Shown here in pieces: positions 58,322 to 64,000 of a stretch of 64,000 nt of DNA. The translations under genes and the position numbers were made by a program. This DNA comes from Myxococcota bacterium (GTDB lineage: Bacteria > Myxococcota_A > SURF-8): NCBI GenBank assembly GCA_965140415.1, contig OZ223209.1:2496001-2560000 (forward strand), given 5' to 3'. The stretch's first letter is position 1. Every line of letters starts with the position of its first letter. The notes beneath the pieces are model-generated. The model saw only the letters and a list, made by a program, of their open reading frames with translations, ran no database searches and was not told the DNA's origin.

Positions 58322-60064
58322 ATGCAATTTGACACAATTATAGAAAATCCAAGAATTTACGACGGTAGTGGTCGCCGACCGAGAAGAAACGATGTGGCAA
58401 TCAGTGGTGATCGCATCGCTGCAATCGGGGATTTGAAAAAGGCGCAAGCCGCCACCCGTATTTCTGCGAACAAACTGGCGCTATGTCCTGGTTTCATCGA
58501 TGTACACTCTCATGCGGATATGGGAATGCATCATGCCGACCATATTCCCGTTCTCGAACCGCTGGTGAGGCAGGGAATTACGACATATGTTGGTGGCAAT
58601 TGTGGTGTTGGAATGGGACCGATTTCCCCAACCAATGACGTTCCGCAATTCGAATTCTACAACTTTTTCCTGGGAGAGGATCAGCGTCCCCACATTCACT
58701 GGAAAAGCTTCGGTGAGATGATGGAAGCCTATGAAGGTCATGGCATGCTGCTTAATGCGGCTCTATTGACCGGGCACGGCATTCTTCGCATGGATGCGAT
58801 GGGCGATAAAATGGATCTGGCTTCTCAGGGAGAAGTTCGTCACATGCGGAAGAAACTGGCGGAATGCTTGGAGGCTGGTTCGATTGGATTGTCTACCGGT
58901 TTGCAGTATTTTCCCGGTTTGAACTCGGATCAGTGGGAATTGACGGAGTTGGCCAAGGAAGTGAAAAAGTACAACGGCGTGTTCACTTCTCACTTGCGCT
59001 CTTATAGTTCCGATACGCTTGGCAAAGCGATTAAAGAAGTGTTGGATATCGGGCGTGATGCCCAGGTGCCGGTGCAGATCAGCCACCTGTTCTGGATTCC
59101 CAACCTTCCCGGTCCATTGAATGGGGCGATGAACCGCCTGATCAAAGGCGTCAGTTACTTGTACAGCAAGAAGGAGTTTCCGGTTCCGATCGATAGTGCG
59201 GTGAAAGTACATCTTGAAGCGGTTGCGCGCCATATCGAGAAAGGCTATCCGGTTGGTATCGACGGTATGCCGACTTCGGCAGGCTTTACGCATCTGCTTG
59301 CCTTTTTCCCGCCATGGTCGTTGCAGGGAGGGCTGGAGGTCGTTCGTGCTCGCCTGGCGGACCCGGAGCAACGCAAGTTGATTCGACGCAGCATCGAGAA
59401 GGGCGATACGAAATGGCCGCACCGCGGGCGCGATTCCTGGTCGATGAATCTGTTTAAGGTCATGGGTTGGGGCTGTGCCAGCATCATGAGCCTGGTCAGC
59501 GAAAAGAACCAGCCTTTGGTTGGGAAAACGTTGTTGGAAGTCGGCGAATCCCGTGGGGTGCATCCATTCGATGCAATGTGCGATCTGTTACTGGAGGAAG
59601 ATGGTCGCGTACTGATCTTCGAAACCGCTACCTATCCGGGCGATCCACTGGTGGAGCGTTCGTTACTGGGAACGCTATTGGACCCGAATGTGTCGATCGT
59701 CACCGATACCATTCCGATGGGTTTCGGGTTGCCTTCCCATCTTACCTACGACTGTTTCCCGAAATTCCTGGGAACCTATGCACGGGAATGGGGTGCGTTA
59801 AGTATGCAGGAAGCGATTCGGAAATCAACGTCGTTGCCTGCCAAGCAATTGCAGATCAAGCAGCGCGGCGAAGTGAAGGAAGGGTATTTCGCGGATCTGG
59901 TTCTTTTCGATGAGAATACGATCGGAACCAACGGTCACGCCAAAGATCCGGCTCATTTCCCAAGCGGCATCGAGCGGGTATTCATAAATGGCCACACCGT
60001 AGTGGATGGTGACGGTCTTCATGCGGACCCACGACCTGGGCGCATGTTGCGCCGTGGTGCCTGA
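58322..60064 (+). CDS. N-acyl-D-amino-acid deacylase-like amidohydrolase
   Basis: PGFIDVHSH, QGITT, GNCG, GLSTGL.Y.PG, SHLR, ADLVLFD. Confidence 0.9.
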   Translation: MQFDTIIENPRIYDGSGRRPRRNDVAISGDRIAAIGDLKKAQAATRISANKLALCPGFIDVHSHADMGMHHADHIPVLEPLVRQGITTYVGGNCGVGMGPISPTNDVPQFEFYNFFLGEDQRPHIHWKSFGEMMEAYEGHGMLLNAALLTGHGILRMDAMGDKMDLASQGEVRHMRKKLAECLEAGSIGLSTGLQYFPGLNSDQWELTELAKEVKKYNGVFTSHLRSYSSDTLGKAIKEVLDIGRDAQVPVQISHLFWIPNLPGPLNGAMNRLIKGVSYLYSKKEFPVPIDSAVKVHLEAVARHIEKGYPVGIDGMPTSAGFTHLLAFFPPWSLQGGLEVVRARLADPEQRKLIRRSIEKGDTKWPHRGRDSWSMNLFKVMGWGCASIMSLVSEKNQPLVGKTLLEVGESRGVHPFDAMCDLLLEEDGRVLIFETATYPGDPLVERSLLGTLLDPNVSIVTDTIPMGFGLPSHLTYDCFPKFLGTYAREWGALSMQEAIRKSTSLPAKQLQIKQRGEVKEGYFADLVLFDENTIGTNGHAKDPAHFPSGIERVFINGHTVVDGDGLHADPRPGRMLRRGA

Positions 60065-60090
60065 CGAAGTTCCATTGAGCGATTAAGAAC

Positions 60091-60122
60091 AAAGGGAGGT
60101 GGCTTGCGGGCTTTCTCCCTTT
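60091..60122. terminator. Hairpin between convergent genes
   Basis: AAAGGGAG...CTCCCTTT inverted repeat. Confidence 0.5.
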
Positions 60123-60125
60123 CTT

Positions 60126-60884
60126 CTATTTCAGAACCAACTCGACCGGGCAGTGGTCGCTACCCAGGACATCGCTCAGAATTCCTACGGATTTGACTTT
60201 CGGCAGCAGTTTTTCATCAACACAGTGATAGTCGATTCTCCAGCCGACATTCCGTTCTCTGGCGCGAGCGCGATAGGACCACCAAGTGTAATGATCCGGC
60301 TCCTTGACGAAGTGGCGGAATGTATCGATGTATCCGTTTTTCAGAAATTCCGTCATCGCCTGGCGCTCTTCGATGTAAAAGCCGGGACTTTCTTCGTTGC
60401 CTTTCGGGCGGGCCAGATCGATTTCGTTGTGCGCGATGTTGTAATCTCCGCACAGTACGATGTGATGTCCTTTTTTAACGAGATCGTTGCAGAATGCGGT
60501 CATCTGCTCGCAGAAATCCAGTTTGTAATCGAGTCTTGCGCGTTCCGGGCGCGAATTGGGAAAATAGGCGTTGATTAGTGTGAAGTCCTTGAACTCCAAG
60601 GCTTGCACCCGACCTTCTTCGTCGAAGCGGACCACGTTCATGTCGGTAACGGAAAGTGGCTCTGTTTTACAATAGGTGGCAGTGCCAGAATAGCCTGGGC
60701 GTTGTGCGGATTGCCAGATTACATGGTAGCCGTTTACGTTCTGAGCCGATTTCGGGATTTGCTCCGGTTTCGCTTTGATTTCTTGAAGGCAAATGATGTC
60801 CGGACTTTCTTTTTCCAGCCATTCAAGAAACCCCTTTTTCAGCACTGCACGAAGACCATTGACATTCCATGAAAGAATTCGCAT
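60126..60884 (-). CDS. xth: Exodeoxyribonuclease III / AP endonuclease
   Basis: SWNVNG, LQEIK, GYSG, Y.PN, GDYNIAH, YTWWSYR, GWRIDY, SDHCP. Confidence 0.96.
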   Translation of the reverse strand: MRILSWNVNGLRAVLKKGFLEWLEKESPDIICLQEIKAKPEQIPKSAQNVNGYHVIWQSAQRPGYSGTATYCKTEPLSVTDMNVVRFDEEGRVQALEFKDFTLINAYFPNSRPERARLDYKLDFCEQMTAFCNDLVKKGHHIVLCGDYNIAHNEIDLARPKGNEESPGFYIEERQAMTEFLKNGYIDTFRHFVKEPDHYTWWSYRARARERNVGWRIDYHCVDEKLLPKVKSVGILSDVLGSDHCPVELVLK

Positions 60885-61035
60885 CCGCCAGCTCCCTTTC
60901 TATTGAACAAACGGTTAGGTGAAGTTATTATAAACAGGCAAAGCGTTTTCAAAAGGAAAAGAGATATCTTTTTATAAAATTTGCATGGAGAATTTCTGGA
61001 AGAGGAAAAAGTGAAAAAAGTTTAGGCAAAAATCC

Positions 61036-61064
61036 TTGACAAAGAGATGACCTTCGGATAGTTT
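61036..61064 (+). promoter_or_regulatory. Sigma70 promoter for the hypothetical gene and the tRNA pair
   Basis: TTGACA-N17-TAGTTT with an upstream A-rich tract. Confidence 0.55.
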
Positions 61065-61094
61065 TTCGTCTCGCTACTGCTGAGGACAAAGACC

Positions 61095-61442
61095 ATGTCG
61101 AGATCCTTACAAGTTCTTTTAATTGTTGTGATTGCCTTGTTGCTCTTCTCTGTTTCCGCTACAGCGGAGGAACGATGCCTTGGTTTCGCTTTGCCGCGCG
61201 ATAGCGTTCAGGTTGAACCGAACCGGTACTTGGTTGGCCAGAGTTACAAACGAGTACTGAAGTTCTATCGTAAAACCTATATCGGTGTGAAAAGCGTGCA
61301 GAAGACCAAGGGTATCGTCGTTCCGGGCGTCAAATCCGTTCACTATTCCAACCATTCAAAAAAACGTGGAGTGTGGGCGGGAGCTAACGTCAGCTGGATA
61401 AAAGGCAAAACCTACGTGTTTTGTTATCCTTCAGAGAAGTGA
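61095..61442 (+). CDS. Secreted basic hypothetical protein
   Basis: Signal peptide ending ATA; GAGGA RBS. Confidence 0.7.
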   Translation: MSRSLQVLLIVVIALLLFSVSATAEERCLGFALPRDSVQVEPNRYLVGQSYKRVLKFYRKTYIGVKSVQKTKGIVVPGVKSVHYSNHSKKRGVWAGANVSWIKGKTYVFCYPSEK

Positions 61443-61452
61443 CAATAAGTGT

Positions 61453-61526
61453 TCGGGGATGGTCTAATGGCAGGACGACGGGTTCTGGCCCCGTTAATCA
61501 AGGTTCGAATCCTTGTCCCCGAACCA
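61453..61526 (+). tRNA. tRNA-Gln (CTG)
   Basis: Acceptor TCGGGGA/TCCCCGA, D arm GTCT/GGAC, anticodon arm ACGGG-TTCTGGC-CCCGT, GGTTCGAATCC, encoded CCA. Confidence 0.95.
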
Positions 61527-61544
61527 TTTTTTTATGCTAACGCT

Positions 61545-61619
61545 GACCCCATCGTCTAGCGGTTAGGACGCCGGCCTCTCAAGCCGGTAGCGCGGGTTCA
61601 ATTCCCGCTGGGGTCGCCA
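61545..61619 (+). tRNA. tRNA-Glu (CTC)
   Basis: Acceptor GACCCCA/TGGGGTC, anticodon arm CCGGC-CTCTCAA-GCCGG, GGTTCAATTCC, encoded CCA. Confidence 0.95.
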
Positions 61620-61632
61620 AAATAAATACTAG

Positions 61633-61675
61633 AACAGCATTTTCGGTAATACTACTGAAAATGCTGTTTGTTTTT
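61633..61675 (+). terminator. Intrinsic terminator after the tRNAs
   Basis: AACAGCATTTT...AAAATGCTGTT followed by TGTTTTT. Confidence 0.75.
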
Positions 61676-62145
61676 ATGGGTTAAGAATTCTCGCCTCAAA
61701 GCCTAACCTCTTATTTTCTATAAAGCTTTGTAACCAGATCCAATCGTTGAGTACAAAGAGATTGATTGGTGCAAAAAGAATGCAGTAATTAGGTTCGTTT
61801 ACCAACGAGCAAGCGCTGTCATGTCGCCATTAAAGAAAATGAACCCGGTTGTATCACTGCTAGAGGAGGAAAAAGTCGGAAGATTAATGAGAAAATCGAT
61901 CTCATCCAAGAATACGTTTGGTGTTCTGTGTCTACTAAAGAGGAAAAATTATGAATATTACTAATGTGGCCAAAGGGTAAACCGGACATGGTTGTGTGCG
62001 GTTCTTAAGTGGCACAATGGTGTTTTAAGATTCGATATCCGTTCATGGTTTATAAGTGCCTGAAAAAGCACGATAATAGTAGCGTGGAAAAAAAATAATA
62101 AGAAAACAATCATTTTTTAGTTGATTTGTACGAATTAGTATGAGA

Positions 62146-62201
62146 GGCTAATAGGCAAGTCGGCCAAATGGCCAAAAGGTCATTGGGCTTTCTGGCAATT
62201 C
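62146..62201 (+). repeat. Seven phased imperfect 8-bp direct repeats (GG[C/T]N5), a putative regulator-binding array
   Basis: GGCTAATA GGCAAGTC GGCCAAAT GGCCAAAA GGTCATTG GGCTTTCT GGCAATTC. Confidence 0.6.
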
Positions 62202-62265
62202 GTGTAAAAGCAGTATGATTTTCTGGGAGGCTCTGTTTGGCAGTTATCGCTGTCGAGGGTAAGGC

Positions 62266-62874
62266 ATGAAGCATAAAGATCACTTTACTAGTGGAGATGT
62301 TGCCCAATTGTTGGGGATACCGTCACGGACGGTCAGACGATATTTAACGAGTGGAAAAATTGCGGCGGTGCAGAATCCGATTACCGGAACATGGTCCATC
62401 AGTCGAGATGCGCTGGTCGCATTTATGGTACAGCACGATCTTGATACAGGGATTTTGGTAAACGATTGCAAGGTACTTATTGTCGATGATGATGAATCTG
62501 TGTTGCATTTTGTGTCGCGCGCACTACAGCGGTCAAAATGGAGTATGGATGTGGAATCCGTATCGAGTGGCTATGACGCGCTGATCAAACTGGGCATGAA
62601 ACTGCCAGATATTGTGATTTTGGATTTACATATGCCTGGCACGGATGGCAGGCAGGTGATTGAGGCAATTCGTGGCAATGAAGAGACTCGTAATATCAAG
62701 ATCATGGTTATCAGCGGATACCCGGATGAAATGCGGTTATTGCCCAATGGGTCAGTGGATTATGTCTTGGGAAAACCTTTTGGAATAAACGAATTGTACT
62801 CGGCCTTCAGCAAGTTGCTGTCTCGCGGATTAAATGAGGGGGCAGATTCTGGAATTGAAATGTCAACGACATAA
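62266..62874 (+). CDS. Response regulator: N-terminal excisionase/MerR-type winged HTH plus receiver domain
   Basis: FTSGDVAQLLGIPSRTVRRY...G.I.A...G.W.I; VLIVDDD, ILDLHMPG, ISG, KPF. Confidence 0.9.
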   Translation: MKHKDHFTSGDVAQLLGIPSRTVRRYLTSGKIAAVQNPITGTWSISRDALVAFMVQHDLDTGILVNDCKVLIVDDDESVLHFVSRALQRSKWSMDVESVSSGYDALIKLGMKLPDIVILDLHMPGTDGRQVIEAIRGNEETRNIKIMVISGYPDEMRLLPNGSVDYVLGKPFGINELYSAFSKLLSRGLNEGADSGIEMSTT

Positions 62875-62932
62875 AGCAGATATAATAACGGTTCTGAAAA
62901 GATTGAGATAAGAGCGAATAAAGGGGAATTCA

Positions 62933-64000
62933 ATGGGAAAACGTGAACCTGAAGAACTAGTTGAGGAACTGGCCTCTTCGGTTGTCATGGCGGATAGCGG
63001 CGATAAGCCTGCTCTGGCACAAATCCTCTCGTCTTTTGAAGAGTTGGCTGAACTTGTTAAAGATGCGGAAGATTCTATTCAGGTTTTAATTTCCGATTCG
63101 ATTGCAAAATTAAGAAATATCATCATGGATGATTCGGAAGATGCCGAAGGGGATTTCGGAGCGGTTTCCGAATCGGTTTCTCGCCTGCAAAATGCTCTGC
63201 GCGAAGGAATAAAACCTAGGAGTGAAACGGCACAATCCGCTGTTGAGGATGTTTCTGATGTAGAGGAACGGTTTGAACTCCCAAGTTGGGTCGATGAACC
63301 AACTTTTCGTGACTTCTTGTCGACCCAGAAAGTGGTTATTGATGAAATCGAAGGTGATATTTTAGGAATTGAAACGGGCGAGACGGATCTTGCGGGCTTG
63401 AAACGACGAATTCACACGATGAAGGGTGAAGCCGGAGTTGTGGGCTTGGATGATTTGCAGGAAGTTTGTCATAAATTGGAAGATTTTATGGAGTCCACTG
63501 GGGATTTGACTGAGAAAGTGGACATTTTTCTGCAAGTGAAAGATTGGATTGCACGTGCCGTCGAAGCATATTCCGAGTTCAGGAAATTTCCGAAGGATGA
63601 AATCTGGCCGGTGCTAACCGCGGGGTTAGATTCTTCAGGAGAGACGGCTGGTGAGCCTGCTGTGAAATCGGAGAAAGCTGAAATTGGATCATCAGAAAAA
63701 AGCGATGAAGATGATTCCACCCAAAGTGCCGAAGCTTCAGAACAGGAAGATGCTGAAAAGGTAAAAAGCGTTTCCCGCGATGATGAAACCATTTTAATGA
63801 TAGGTGACTTTCTTCAGGAAAGCGATGAAGGGCTCAACCAGGCTGATCTGATTCTGATGCAGGTGGAAGCGGATGGTCCTGATCCGGAAAAAGTCAATGG
63901 CTTGTTTCGCGTCTTCCATTCTATCAAGGGAGTCGCTGGATTTCTTGAGCTTGCAGACATCTCTTCTCTTGCTCATACAACCGAGACTCTTTTAAATAAT
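62933..64000 (+). CDS. cheA: CheA-like chemotaxis histidine kinase, 5' part with two Hpt domains (truncated by the window end)
   Basis: My own translation from ATG 62933 (AAGGGG RBS) is open to the end and contains RRIHTMKGEAGVVG and LFRVFHSIKGVAGFL...LAHTTETLL. Confidence 0.8.
   Translation, partial: MGKREPEELVEELASSVVMADSGDKPALAQILSSFEELAELVKDAEDSIQVLISDSIAKLRNIIMDDSEDAEGDFGAVSESVSRLQNALREGIKPRSETAQSAVEDVSDVEERFELPSWVDEPTFRDFLSTQKVVIDEIEGDILGIETGETDLAGLKRRIHTMKGEAGVVGLDDLQEVCHKLEDFMESTGDLTEKVDIFLQVKDWIARAVEAYSEFRKFPKDEIWPVLTAGLDSSGETAGEPAVKSEKAEIGSSEKSDEDDSTQSAEASEQEDAEKVKSVSRDDETILMIGDFLQESDEGLNQADLILMQVEADGPDPEKVNGLFRVFHSIKGVAGFLELADISSLAHTTETLLNN

Noticed and set aside
62266-62450. Excisionase-like HTH next to tRNAs as evidence of a prophage or ICE
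   Set aside because: It is fused to a receiver domain and followed by cheA; no integrase or phage genes are in the window.

Overview
A gene-dense bacterial chromosomal window. Gene content suggests a deltaproteobacterial / Myxococcota-like organism: MYXO-CTERM-like sorting tails, PEGA proteins, an FHA-sigma54 activator and a Ser/Thr kinase, plus anaerobic glpAB. This taxonomy is an inference. Core genes are lysS-lolC/E-lolD-bamA-skp-lpxD-lpxA, purB, thyX, two ndk, an acyl-CoA carboxylase beta subunit, folE, cysE, xth, tRNA-Gln(CTG) and tRNA-Glu(CTC). Accessory blocks are: (1) an SDR/ThDP-enzyme/MFS/CocE catabolic cluster; (2) three radical SAM genes, one fused to an intact SDR and one appended to lpxA; (3) a transenvelope signalling and secreted-enzyme region (FHA-GAF-sigma54 activator, TPR-beta-barrel protein, PEGA kinase, transglutaminase-like surface protein, two Cys-rich S1 proteases); (4) an AT-richer segment after the tRNAs, where a phased 8-bp direct-repeat array precedes an Xis/MerR-type HTH response regulator and a two-Hpt CheA-like kinase cut by the window end. 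I saw no CRISPR array, integrase or transposase. All calls come from reading motifs by eye, and no database searches were run.
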